A stretch of 64,000 nucleotides of DNA from Takakia lepidozioides (taxonomy: Eukaryota > Plantae > Bryophyta). The notes beneath the pieces were generated by a model that worked only from the letters and a program-made list of their open reading frames with translations, was not told the DNA's origin and ran no database searches. The DNA is taken from assembly GCA_030704615.1 (NCBI GenBank), contig CM060733.1:71548001-71612000 (forward strand), in the 5' to 3' direction. How positions within the stretch are numbered: the stretch's first letter is position 1; each line of letters begins with the position of its first letter. Shown piece by piece: positions 37,901-51,600 of the stretch. A program made the translations under genes and the position numbers.

Positions 37901-39296
37901 ATGTCACAGCAGAGGAAACATTTGCTGCATGTTACCACCATTGTCAAGTAAGCATCCATGACGCTTCATGTGATTCGGGGGAGGTTAGAATGACCATAAT
38001 CATCCCCCTTGTCTGTGCCTTTCATGCAATTTACGGCAGATGTGCCTGGTCTGGTTGGATGTCAGTTTGCCATGAAAACTTGACGCATCAGACTTTTGAC
38101 AATAATTAATAGGATAGCAAGACCCCATTAAAAAAGTTGCCAGAGTCTCAAATGACCATCTTACCTTCTGAATTACCCAATTTGCCAGAGATGCTCTATG
38201 AATGACATCATGTGTACATCACATGATATCTAGCACTTGGCCTAGTGGCCATTTGAGCCACTCAGCACGGTTCACTTGGTAGACAACTTTCTCAGAAAAG
38301 CTTAGTAGAATCTCCACCCTGGAGCTCCCGAAGACTGTAATAAGTTAATGGTCCTTGCATTAGATTAATGGACTTGATGCTTTCCAAGGAGGAATGTAGC
38401 ATACTTTCGTGCAATACCACAACTGAGCACCTCAAAGTATGAAAATGGAACATCCTTTCGACTGCCTGATTGTCATGCTATGTCAACTCAAACCGTCTTA
38501 GTCTCGTTCACGCCAAATGTCGAGGCCTTCGGGCTGCAATGATTATTTCTGCAGATGAACAACTAATTACGACATGAATCAAGAACTACCAAGGGCCCCA
38601 GTGGACTGTCATGAATATAACGTAACAATGATTAGCTTCACAGTTAATATGCTAAGACAGCCTTAAACTGAGAGCTAAAACGAACCCAAAGGCTTGACGT
38701 GCTCTCTTCTCACATCAGTTCCTGACTTCGACCCCATCTTGTTCCGAACTGAGTGCATGCGTGGATAATGCAGCAACATGCCAACCCGTGCCCTGTGAGC
38801 CTTTTAGGCGGAGCTGTATCTACGTTATCCCAGCAGCGGCTTCTGTTGTTCAAACTGTGCGAGATGACTGAGGGTTCAGAACCTCAAGGCAATATCCGTC
38901 ACACCCCTTTCCCCTGCTTCCACGCGACGGCTTTTATCTGTTTGATGAAAATTAGCCACCCCCTTCTCCACTCTCTATCTATTTTCACACAAACAATTGT
39001 ACAACAGGCTCCCTTTCCCATCTCCCCAGTACTCTGAAAATCACCTTGTCCAATCCGACGCTGAAAGCCGATACAATCTCCAGTTTCGGAAGCTTATCGA
39101 TCAGATCAGCGTCCACCCAGCAGCCACTGTCAGTTACAACCCCGCGAATTGCCTCTGCCTTCTCAGCCAGATACGCTTCCTTGTTGTTCTGCTCCCACAG
39201 AGAAAAAAGATTGAACTTAGATTCCAAAGAGTCCCTCAGATACGGCATCGTCAAGTTCACCGTCAGCACCCCCGGCTTGCCCAGTGCGGGGGCCAT
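34999..39296 (-). CDS. Hydroxyphenylpyruvate / glyoxylate-hydroxypyruvate reductase (HPPR/HPR2-like), ~318 aa; exons 39296-39045, 37038-36853, 35909-35661, 35268-34999
   Basis: [30 protein letters not shown] (NAD-binding), [30 protein letters not shown]; all introns GT-AG in phase 0; no stops. Confidence 0.93.
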
Positions 39297-40949
39297 CGCT
39301 CTAGAGCACTGGAGCGACAAGCCACACGAGAAACACAGAGAGGAAGTGAGTCGAGTGAGTGCCGAATACAGAGGCCAGCCCCACCTTCTGCCCGAGGATT
39401 TGCCGGGTTCAGACTCGATCGGGATTAATCCGTGAGGCGAAGCAAAGTTATGCAACCACTGCCGGGTTGGACCACCGGGCGGGCCGATATTAATGTCAGA
39501 GCAACGAGCGAACGAGAATGCGCGGCCTATCTTTTGCGCAGGCTCGCCATCTTTCCCATTTTGGAGGCATACTGACGAATAGCATCTCTGAGATTTTTGT
39601 CCCGGCACCACTCTCATCCCACGCTAGGCTTGTAATGTAAAGTAGGTCCCCATGATTGTGTCAGTCCTTACAAAAGTAGTCAGATTCAGCTGCATGATTT
39701 TATATATATATATATATTCTTTTTTTATTTTCTTTCATTTTCAGCCAACAGGGGGATAGTTGCCCTGATTAATTTTATTTATAAAAGATCACTGGCAAAG
39801 CCAATACATATTATTTGGCGGGGAAAAAAATTAAAACCCCTATGTCGCCGTAAGGCACATACACACTTGACAACCAGCATGTAGCCCAATTCTAGCGACG
39901 ACCAAAGGTCGGAAGCTAGTTTAGCGTAGAGCAGGAATAGGCAGCCACAGTGCCATGTCATCATTGCCACATCATCGTAGACACATCATCGTAGCCAAGT
40001 CATCATAGACACGTCATCGTCATCGTCAATTTCTTTGGAACTTGCCCGAAATGCCCGAAAAGCTGCCCCTGCGTGCTCGAGCGCGGAGAGGTTCCACGCA
40101 ATGTGGTGAGGATCCCTTCTTCTTCGACCTATTTCAGCCTGTTTTGCCTCTCATCAGACTCGGCCCTGAGATGCCTGTTATCAGAGTCGTCCCTAAATTT
40201 TGATGTCGAACTCTGCAAGTTAGCTCGTTGGTGGATCTATGGTGGTTTCTCACAAATTGTCAGCAATGCAACACCAGAACTAGTGTGTGGTAAGTATGGT
40301 CGGGGTGTTTGCTAGATAAATTTTAGGTTATCATTGTCAGCTCTTAACAACAGGGCCATACTATTGCCTAGGCAGGATTAGCTGAAAGAGGCAGGAATGA
40401 AGTGTGGGTGCAGATCCATCCAAGAGGCCCTGATTTCAAGCACCAGAGTGCATATGAGCCGTTGAGGATTGACAGCTACAAAAAACCTGCAAGGGTAGAT
40501 GGTCATCTTGAAGGGGCAGTGGCAGCACAATTGATAAAATCAGGCACCTCCACAATGACCTCCACTTCCAAAAGAGGACCCTGGGAGGAAGTTCTCAGGA
40601 TTTCTTCTGGTGCTTCTGAACTTGTGAGGACACTATGTGAGGCACGAAACCTGAAAGAGGCTCTGAAAATTTTACTACAGCCTCTAAGTCAAATTTATCC
40701 AGCAAGGTGAAGACTTGCGGTTCTAGGTCCAGGTTCTTGATAATCTCTTCTACTATCTTCTGACAGGACTTAGCCTGTTTGACAGGGCAGTGGGCGGTCA
40801 TGTTTCCAAGATATAGAGTCGAATAACTTAGGATATCTGGTGTTGGACACATGCTGCAGCTGACACCACCATCTGACCTTAAATTCATCTTGTCGGGAGC
40901 TTAAAAGAGAGCAGCACAAAAGAGAGGGAGAGAGAGGGAGAGAGCCGTA

Positions 40950-43520
40950 CCAGGGGCTGGTTGGTGGGTGCCCCCTCTCTCCCTCTGTCTCCCTCTTTCC
41001 TGGGAACTGGCCGGTTTTATCAGTGTTGATTTTCTGTTTTTTCATCCATATTGGATGAAGATTTGCAACATTTCATCCATCCTCTAGCGATTTTTCATCC
41101 ATACCGGATGAGCCACCAGGGTGGACACTGAATTACCTCTAGGATGAATTTTGGATTTTTTTCATTCTACTTTTATTGACTTTCATCCATACGGGATGAG
41201 TCACCAAAGAATGAAAAATTACCTCTATGAGGGTTGCCACCATCATCCTGTTTTCCATCCATACCGGATGAAAAACTTCCAGGATATTAATTTTTCATTC
41301 TTCTTTTATTGAATCTCTGCATCCATACCGGGTGAAGAACTGAGGGGTGATGAACTACCTAGGTAGAGGTAGTTGCCATGGGCCGGATCTCGGGTGTTCA
41401 AGATGCTTGTGTGTACATGTCTTGAACCTGTATTTGCCAGGCTGCCTAGAATGCATGTCTTAGATCTGATAAATTGCAGGCTGGTCCATTTAACCATGAT
41501 GCCTTATTTGGTAAGTGATTCATTGGCCATGAGGGCCGGATCTCGGATGCTCATGGTGCTTGTGTGTACATGCCTTGAATCGGTATAATGGCAGGCTGTT
41601 CTTACATGCCCAAGATGCATGATGCATGTCTTGGGGTAATTACGAATGGTATAGAATGAGGCTGCAATCTGTCTTGTCATGCCCAAGTGGGTTACTTGGT
41701 TGCATGTCTCGAATCTGAAAAATTGCAGGCTGGTCCATTTAACAAAGACGCCTTGCTTGATGCATGTCCTAGTGTAATAAAAGGCTGATATGGAAGGAAG
41801 CAGCAACGTGTTTTATCATGCCCAAGATTTTTTGTTTGAAGACATGTCTTGGATCTCTAATATGGCAGGTTGATTCACATGCCCAAGATAATTTGCTTGG
41901 CACATGACCTAGGGTATGATATGTTTTGGCTTTTCCTAGACCCTTGCTCGGATGCATGTCTTGAATCTGAAAAATTACAGGCTGGTTCGTATACCCATGG
42001 TGCCTTGTCTCTTGCATGACTACAACAACTTGTTATCTTGTCCCTTACATGAACAAACCCCGCCCTCCCACCCTGTTTTATCATGAATGATTGGGTGATG
42101 TCAATTGGGAAGCTATGACAAGAATGGAAATGTTAGATGGTGCCCTGTTTAGGGCTGTTTATGTCTTTAATTGACAATGACCCTAGTAAGGTCTTGTCCA
42201 TGTCTTGACATGACATGAATATCTTCCCACTCTTCATTTTCCAGTGTACTTGGTGGTTCTTGTACACACCATCTACCACTTTCCTTTCTGGTTATTTCTT
42301 CATCATGTTGATATACTAATATGGTTTTTTTTTCTGGCCTGGCAGAAGGTCCCTCCATGACAAAGATATGGAGAATGACCTTCGTAAGGTATGTCCTCCA
42401 GCAAAAACTGGTTGGTGAATTTGGGCACGGAGGCCTTTGAGATAAACATAGTGCTTTTGAGGATTGTCTTCATACCGATATATTGAGCTAGGCCCAGGTA
42501 AAACCACCTGCAGGAGTATGTGTACACCTTCTACATGATCCGGTCAATGCACACTACTCGTGTTAGATGGTTTCATGTAGCTGATGCCTTGTATCAGTTT
42601 TAGATACTCTTTGGCTCATATGCTTTCATACCTCTCTACAAGTGGCTTTGCTCTATGTAGCACCACTAAATAAATATGCATATGTAATATGCTATGTGCT
42701 TATCATACCTTTGGAAAAACAGGCTTTAAAACTAGGATGGTGTATAGATGGGCAGCAGGTTGTTACCATCCTACCTTACACTTGTTTGTGATCCATGACA
42801 ACAGAATCTTGTTTCTTGACATGAGAGGATGAGGAAGTAGGCCTTTCCAACCTCTTTGGCAAATATGTCCAGGGGTTAGAAGCTACTTTGAAGAGGGAGA
42901 ATCCTTGTGAAGGGGTCTGGTATGCACTCCCTTACGGGGTGAGTGCATACCACACTCACTCCATAAGGGACTGCCATACTAGGGGCTGGTTGGTGGGTGC
43001 CCCCTCTCTCCCTCTGTCTCCCTCCTCGGAACTGGCCGGTTGCATCAGTGTTCTTTTCATGATCTTCCATCTATACCAGATGGACTCTAAAAGGTGTTTT
43101 CTCCCGACTTGTAAAGGTTTTCTATCCATACCGGAAGAATCACCTGGGTGGACACTAAAGTACCTAAGGACCTATAATTTTTCATTCCTCTTTTATTGAC
43201 TTTCATCTATATCAGATGAGTCACCAGATAATGAGGAATTACCTCCATAGGGGTTATGACACTGGCATCCTATCTATAATTTTTCCATCCATGCCGGATG
43301 AAAAATACCAGGATTTGAATTCGTTTTATTCCCCCTTTATGCTTTTTTCCGTACTGGATGAGGCTTTCTCTTAAGGGATGACGAATTACCTGTTAGGATG
43401 AAAAACCGCTGCCCTGGATGATGTATACTATTTTTTCATCCTGCTGATGGACCTCATCCAAATAAATGAACCTATTTATTTTTTCATCTGGACCGGATGA
43501 AAAAAGCAGCTTATGATGGC
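40950..43520. repeat. Palindrome-rich non-coding element (TTCATCC-N5-GGATGAA motif) with two ~400-bp related blocks (40951.., 42981..); resumes after the gypsy nest at 57526-57700
   Basis: More than 10 copies of CATCCATACCGGATG variants; both blocks share the GGGGCTGGTTGGTGGGTGCCCC start. Confidence 0.6.
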
Positions 43521-46500
43521 CATGGTGTCGCGGCCCTTTGCCTTGAGGGCGGGGGGGGCGGGACACAAGAGGGGCTGCCCTTGTGGTGGTGTCACGGCCC
43601 TTTGCCTTGAGGGCAGGGGGGTCGGGACACAAGAGGGGCTGCCCCTGTGGTGGGGGCAGTAGCAGCGATAGGTACGGGGGCTGAAGCACCCTTGAGTGCC
43701 CAAGGCACTCAAGGAGGCGGAGGCGCTCACTAGGTGGAGCCCCGCACACCGGGTTGCGGTGGGGGTGGCTCCACAAGGGGTGGTGGTAGCTTAGCGGGAC
43801 TTAGTGGGGGTGGCATAGGACTCACCATGGGGTGGAGACCTCGAGGTGGGAGTCGTGGGGAGTCTTGGGACTCATCACGGTCCATTGGGGCCGCGGTGAG
43901 TGGGCCAAGACTCACCGCGACTCACCACCGGGAATCGAGGGTCTTCATGGTGGTTCGCCATAAAATGGCATGGCTGGTTGTGAAACCCCTGCGGACAGCT
44001 ACAGAAGTATATATAGGGAGTAGTAACCCCGAGAACGGTGCAAGCCCGTTGGTGACCAAAAACTAGTGAGTAAGCGAGCGAGCCGGAAAGCGACCAAAGA
44101 GTGGGGAGCTGTTCCGGACTGCCAACTACCAAAGGGAATTCCCGCTGGTTCCAAATCGGTGGAGGGTTCTTTGGGAGAATAAAGGGGGGACCGTTATGCC
44201 CCGGTGAGCAGCCGAAGCTCCAAGTTGGCCCGGCGGCCAGGTTGGGAGTCAGGCGCGCGCATCAAAGCGAGTAACTATGACTTGAAGGGGAGCTTACCGA
44301 AGTGAGGTGCGCGACACTTGGTATCAGAGCTTAGAGTTCAGTACGCGATCGTCCTTGGGATTGGCCTCATCATGGGGTCGGGCAAGCCAAAGCGAAAGCG
44401 GAACGGCCCAAAAGATGATGATCCTGGTGAGCCCGATGGGGGCGACGTGTCACCGAGGCGGCCGTTTGAGGAAGCGATGAATGTTTCCGAAAACGAGACC
44501 GCTCAAGAGCGGGAGGAATCCGAGGAGTCAGAGCCCGAGGAATCCTTGAGAGCTCCAACAAACCAAGAGATGCCTCCCATGCCGGCAGCCTTTTGGGAAG
44601 GGTTGTTGGCGCAGTTTGGCGGCGCAGTTTGGCGGGACGTTGAAAGACGTGTTGAAGGCGGCTAATGCCACTTCCACTAAGGCAAAGTTTAAGATGAAGC
44701 CTAAGGAACCCGGCACCTTCGAGGGCGTTCAAAATCGGAAGGCACTCAACACCTGGCTCCTGAAGCTAGAGCAGTACTTCCGGGCGGCTAAGTTGAGTGA
44801 CGAGGATCGGGTGGAAGTGGCTCCCACCTATTTGAGGGGCTATGCTCAACAATGGTGGCAGAAACGCCTTCACGACCGAGGCCCAAGCCCGGAAACCTTG
44901 AACTGGAGTGGGTTCAAGGAATTGATGAAGAGACAGTTTGTGCCCCTCAATGCATCCTGGCTTGCCCGGGACAAGATGAGGAATTTGAAGCAAACAGATG
45001 ACATTCGGGGGTATGTCCAGGCTTTCAATGTGCAGTTGCTCGAAGTCGCGGACATGGCAGAACCAGAAATGGTCTTCATGCCTTCTGTCCGCCATAAGCC
45101 GTTCCACCCGCTTTTCCTTTTGAAGCACCGGGTGCCACCTTGACGTGTGAAGGCCCTTCCTTCGATTTCCACGTGCCATTGTCGCTGCGTGGCCTATCCC
45201 ACTTCTTTTCCGGTCGGAAGGAGTCACCTTCCGCCGGGTCTTCTTGTGGTTCAGCTCTGTACGGCCTTGTCTCTCACCCCTAGGGACATCCGAGAAACAT
45301 TCAGCCCTCTCAATTGCCTCGTTCAAAGTCTTGGGTGGCTTCTCCTCCAACTTCCGCCTGGCCCATGGGGCCAGTCCCGATAGAGTGTGTTTCAATTGCG
45401 GGGAGCCCGGGCACATGGCCAAGAAGTGCACAAAACCTCGACAATTGAACATGACTCGGGCAACCACGGAGCTGTCGGAAGATACCATCAGTCGCTTGGT
45501 GGAAGCGGTGGTCGCCAGGACTTGCAAGGTAGGCAACTATTCTTGTGAGTTGTATCAGGAAACTGGCGCCCTGCGTAAAGGGAGTCAGTTATTGTTCGTG
45601 GATGGGATAATATCCGGAACTAACGTGTCGTTGTTGGTGGACACAGGAGCGTCGCACTCCTTCATGACGCCGGCGGCGGCGCGAAAGTCGGGACTCCCGA
45701 CAAGTGACGTGGGGGCCTCTATTGAGGTGCACTCTGCCAAAGGAGAACCTCAGTTGGCGACAAGGTTGGCGTTTGATGTTCCTCTTCAACTGGGGAGTTG
45801 GGAGGGACGTGAGAACTTCACCATCTGCGAGATCGATGGAGTGGATCTCATTTTGGGGATGACCTTTTTGAGCAAATCCAGAGCGGTCATAGATGGCCGC
45901 AAGAGAATAGTCACGCTACCATGTGGAAATGGTGGCGAGGTTTTACGAGTGTCGGAAACGCCCAAATCCGTGGGAGGGCGAATAAACCTTCTGTCAGCAA
46001 AGGAGTGGGCCGTGGAGGAGGCACACGAGTCCCAGTTTTTGCTTTACATTAGAGAAGTGAAAGGAGAAGGCGATGGGGAGCCGAGCCCAGATTGGATCAA
46101 GGGATTTTGGAGAAATACCAGGATGTGATGCCGGAGGATTTACCAAGCGGCTTGCCACCGCGAAGAGGAGTTGACCACAAGATTGAGGTGATACCGGGAT
46201 TGGAACCGCCTGCCAAGGCGCCCTACCGGTTGAGCCACAGAGAGTTGGTCGAGCTGAAGACTCAGCTCAAGGAATGTCAAAGAGGTACATCCGGCCGAGT
46301 AAGTCACCTTACGGAGCCCCGGTGCTATTCGCAGACAAGAAGGATGGGACGCTGCGGATGTGTGTCGATTACAGGGCTTTGAATAAGGTGACTATTAAAA
46401 ACCGGTACCCTTTGCCCAGGATCGACGACCTTTTTGACCGGTTGGCAGGAGCGAAGTATTTCAGCCGGATCGACTTGCGCTCCAGCTATCATCAAATTCG

Positions 46501-48699
46501 GGTGGCGGAAGGAGATGAGGAGAAGACCGCGTGCAGGATAAGATATGGTTCATATGAGTTCTTTGGTGATGCCTTTTGGGCTCACTAATGCACCGGCAAC
46601 CTTTAGCACGCTGATGAACAGCCTTTTTCAGGAGTGGTTGGACGACTTTGTGATCGTGTACATCGACGACATCTTGGTGTACTCGAAAACAAAGGAGGAA
46701 CACCTGGAGCACCTCAAAAGGGTGTTCCAAAAGTTGCGGGAAGGGAAGCTGTACGCCAAAGCTTCAAAATGCGAATTCGGGGTCACGAAAGTGGAGTTCT
46801 TGGGGCATGTGATTACACAGGATGGGATCAAAATAGATGACAGAAAGGTGAGGGCGATCTTGGATTGGGAGCCTCCGACTTCGGTCCCGGGAGTGCGATC
46901 CTTCCTAGGACTCGCCTCCTATTACCGGAAGTATGTGAGAAATTTCGCCAAGATCGCGGGGCCGCTGTCGGACCTTCTGTGTAAATCCAAAGTTTGGGTA
47001 TGGAACACATTTTGTGGCCAAGCTTTTGCTGAATTGAAGCAGCGGATGGCGGAAGCTCCAGTCTTGAAAATCCCGGAGTTCGATCGTCCATTTGAGATTC
47101 ATACAGATGCGTCGGACTTCGCGATTGGGGGTGTACTTATGCAAGATGGACGTCCAGTGGCTTACGAAAGTAAGAAACTGAATGAAGTGGAGCGACGGTG
47201 GCCGACGCACGAAAAAGAGATGAAGGCGGTGGTGCACTGTCTTGAGCTTTGGCGCCACTATGTTGGTTCCAACCCAGTGAAGGTGTTCACGGACAATGTC
47301 ACGGTGAAGTATTTTGCCACGCAGCCCAAGTTGTCCCCAAAACAACTTAGGTGGCAAGATACTTTGGCGGTGTTCGACGTGGATATCCAGTACAAACCGG
47401 GACGAGACAACGTGGTGGCCGATGCTTTAAGTAGAAAACAGCAGCTCTTGTTGGTGTACAAGGGCGAGACGGCGCTCCAAAGGAAGATCCGGAAGGCTTA
47501 CCAGAAGGATGAGCTGGCAAAGTCCGTGATGCAGGACTTGAGGATGGGGGTTAAATCGCAGTTCCACTTGCAAAATGGACTGCTCCGGTATAAGCAAAAA
47601 CGTCTCTACGTGCCAAAGGGAGGGATCAGAGATAGCCTCTTGAGAGAATGCCATGATAGCCCGCTTGCGGGCCACGGCGGAGCCAAGCGCACTGCGGCAC
47701 TCTTGAAGAAAGAGTATTTCTGGCCCAAACTGAGGGAGGAGGCAGAGGAGTATGTCAAGACATGCACCACATGCCAACAAAACCGGAGCGAGTACAAAAA
47801 GCAAGCGGGGCTGTTACAACCCTTGCCGATTCCAGAGGGGACTTGGGAAAGCGTCTCGATGGATTTCATGACTGCTATGCCGCTGTCAAAAGGATTCGAT
47901 GCAATCATGGTGGTGGTGGATAGGTTCAGTAAAATGGGCCATTTCATCCCCACCAAGGAGACGGCAATGACGCAGGAGACAGGGCGACTTTACTTCGCCC
48001 ACGTCTTAAAGCATCATGGAGTCCCGAAGGATATTGTCTCGGATCGCGATCCAAAGTTTACGAGTAAATTTTGGAGGACACTTTGGAAGAAGATGGGGAC
48101 GAGGCTGAAGATGAGCACCGCCTTCCGACCTACGACGGACGGCCAAACGGAAAGAGTGAATTCCGTAGTGAAGCAATTCTTGCGGAATTACGTGTCGGCA
48201 GACCAATCAGACTGGATGGAACACTTAGACGCGGCAGAGTTCTGTTATAATAACACAGAACACTCCGCAACGGGAGTTTCCCCTTTCGTATTGGTCTATG
48301 GAAAAGCACCTCTGGTGCCGACAAGTTGGGCCGCCCAGGACGTTGAGGAACCGGCAGTAGCGGCGGTACTGGAAGAACGTGAGCATTTGTTGAAGCTCGC
48401 AAAGTACAACATTGCCAAAGCTAGGAAACGGTATGAAAGGCAAGCGAATCGGAAGCGGAGGGAAGTGAAGTTTGAGGCAGGCACAGAGGTCTGGTTGAAC
48501 ATCAAGAATTTCCGACTACCTCCGGAAGTGAGTCCGAAATTCGTATCTCCGTATGCGGGACCCTTTTGCATTCGGAAGGTTATGAATGAGGATGTGTATG
48601 AATTGGAGCTGCCGGCAAATAGCAAGGTGCACCCAGTATTCCATGTCTCCCTTTTGAAGCCTTACTTCAAAGATGAAGCGCGTCCGAATTGACATCAAG

Positions 48700-51600
48700 T
48701 GTCGCGCACTCCACTTCGGTAAACTCCCCTTCAAGTCATAGTTACTCGCTTTGATGCGCGCACCTGCCGCCCGGGCCAACTTGGAGCTTCGGCTGCTCAC
48801 CGGGGCATAACGGTCCCCTTTCGCTTCCCTCTAAAACCCTCCACCTAATTGGGACTAGGAGAATTCCCTTTGGTAGATGGCAGTCCGGAACAGCTCCCCA
48901 CTCTTTGGTCGCTTTCCGGCTCGCTCGCTTACTCACTAGCTTTTGCTCACCAACGGGCTTGCACCGTTCTCGGGATTACTACTCCCTATATATACTTCTG
49001 TAGCTGTCCGTGGGGGTTTCACAACCAGCCATGCCATTTTATGGCGAACCACCACGAAGACCCTCGATTCCCGGTGGTGAGTCGCGGTGAGTCTTGGCCC
49101 GCTCACCACGGCCCCTATGGACCGTGATGAGTCCCAAGACTCCCCACGACTCCCACCACGAGGTCTCCGCCCCCATGGTGAGTCCTATGCCACCCCCACT
49201 AAGTCCCACTAAGCTACCACCACCCCTTGTGGAGCCACCCCCACCGCAACCCGGTGTGCGGGGCTCCACCTAGTGAGCGCCTCCGCTTCCCTGAGTGCCT
49301 TGGGCACTCAAGGGTGCCTCAGCCCCCCATACCTATCGCTGCCGCTGCCCCCACCACAGGGGCAGCCCCTCATGTGTCCCGACCCCCTGCCCTCAAGGCA
49401 AAGGGCCGCGACACACACCCCTATCAACAGGGAGTCGATGTCCTCATCGACTTGTCCATTTTGTAGAAACGAACATCCAAGTTGTGGCGTCCCACATCAA
49501 GGAGTTTGTTTCTGTACCATGGCGTCCCATGGCAAAGAACCAAACCCCACACTTGACTCTACTCTCCACTAGCTAGTTCGGCCGACTTCCTCCAAGTCCC
49601 GGCCAAGGGTGGAGCCTCTCCAGCTCCTCCCAGTGCACTCTTCTTGGCCTACTTCAAGGTCAAGGAACGATCCTCCCCGAGGATCGAATCGCCTTACTGC
49701 AACAACATTGCTTGCGATCGCTCATGATGCCGCTTTTGGCATCACCTTGAGCAAGGGTTCACCTGGAACCCTCTTTGACTAGGAAGATAACCTTGAACCA
49801 ACCGTGCGCCCCAATCACTACAATTGGGTCCGCCTTGGAATGCTGGCCTGAGGTACGGGAACACGCCGAAGCCGCACTACGACTTCGTCCCGAGGTTACA
49901 CGATTATAGTACGTGAACGGAAGCACGTAGCTTCCGCGTTAGCCCGCACTACAAGGCAACCCCTTCGGTAGCGCAGTTATAGTACGCGCACGCGCCAGGT
50001 GCGCACTAGCACGTGAACTCCCAAAGAAGGCGCAAGTTTCCTTGCCTCTTGGATGGAAGTCACCCGATTTCGGCACTGCGCAAATACACGATTAACCCAA
50101 TTTACCTCTCCCACTTTTGTAAGCTAGCATGTAATCTACACACTAGCCAACCACACCATGCATCACCATTCCAAACACAATAGGACGCACAATATTTGGA
50201 ACCCATTTCCTTTATAACAAATTTTTGTACAATACAAGTTTTTGCAATCGGATTCCTGAGCTAGCTAAACCGGGCTAAGCATGCATTTTCTCCCCCACGC
50301 TCCAAGGTTGATGTCCCCATCAACGCTTCTTCCGCTTTTGAGGTCGCCCTTCGAAAGCTGCAACCGCCTCGGATGCGTTTCCCATTTCTGAGGCACGCAC
50401 CCAAGATGCCTCCACATGATGATAGCCCTTCCATTTGACGAGATACTCCGTTTCTCGGTTCCTGAACCTCCTCGACTTAAGTATTGCCTCCACCTCGTAC
50501 TCAGGTTCATTTTCATGATCCAACAGCATAGGTGGCGAATGCAACACTTGATGCCGATTCGGACGCGCTTCATCTTTGAAGTAAGGCTTCAAAAGGGAGA
50601 CATGGAATACTGGGTGCACCTTGCTGTTTGCCGGTAGCTCCAATTCATACACATCCTCATTCATAACCTTCCGAATGCGAAAGGGTCCCGCATACGGAGG
50701 CACGAACTTCGGACTCACTTCCGGAGGTAGTCGGAAATTCTTGATGTTCAACCAGACCTCTGTGCCTGCCTCAAAATTTACTTCCCTCCGCTTCCGATTC
50801 GCCTGCCTTTCATACCGTTTCCTAGCTTTGGAAATATTGTACTTTGCGAGCTTCAACAAACGCTCGCGTTCTTCCAGTACCGCCGCTACTGCCGGTTCCT
50901 CAACGTCCTGGGCGGCCCAACTTGTCGGCACCAGAGGTGCTTTTCCATAGACCAACACGAAAGGGGAAACTCCCGTTGCGGAGTGTTCTGTGTTATTATA
51001 ACAGAACTGTGCCGCGTCTAAGTGTTCCATCCAGTCTGATTGGTCTGCCGACACGTAATTCCGCAAGAATTGCTTCTCTACGGAATTCACTCTTTCCGTT
51101 TGGCCGTCCGTCGTAGGTCGGAAGGCGGTCCCCATCTTCAGCCTCGTCCCCATCTTCTTCCAAAGTGCTCTCCAGAATTTACTCGTAAACTTTGGATCGC
51201 GGTCCGAGACAATATCCTTCGGGACTCCATGATGCTTTAAGACGTGGGCAAAATAAAGTCGCCATGTATCCTGCGCCGTTGCTGTCTCCTTGGTGGGGAT
51301 GAAATGGCCCATTTTACTGAACCTATCTACCACCACCATGATTGCATCGAATCCTTTTGACAGCGGCATAGCAGTCATGAAATCCATCGAGACGCTTTCC
51401 CAAGTCCCCTCTGGAATCGGCAAGGGTTGTAACAGCCCCGCTTGCTTTTTGTACTCGCTCCGGTTTTGTGGGCATGTGGTGCATGTCTTGACATACTCCT
51501 CTGCCTCCTCCCTCAGTTTGGGCCAGAAATACTCTTTCTTCAAGAGTGCCGCAGTGCGCTTGGCTCCACCGTGGCCCGCAAGCGGGCTATCATGGCATTC

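Noticed and set aside
40402-40710. PPR-like N-terminus (VRTLCEARNLKEALKIL)
   Set aside because: Too short, with no following PPR motifs.
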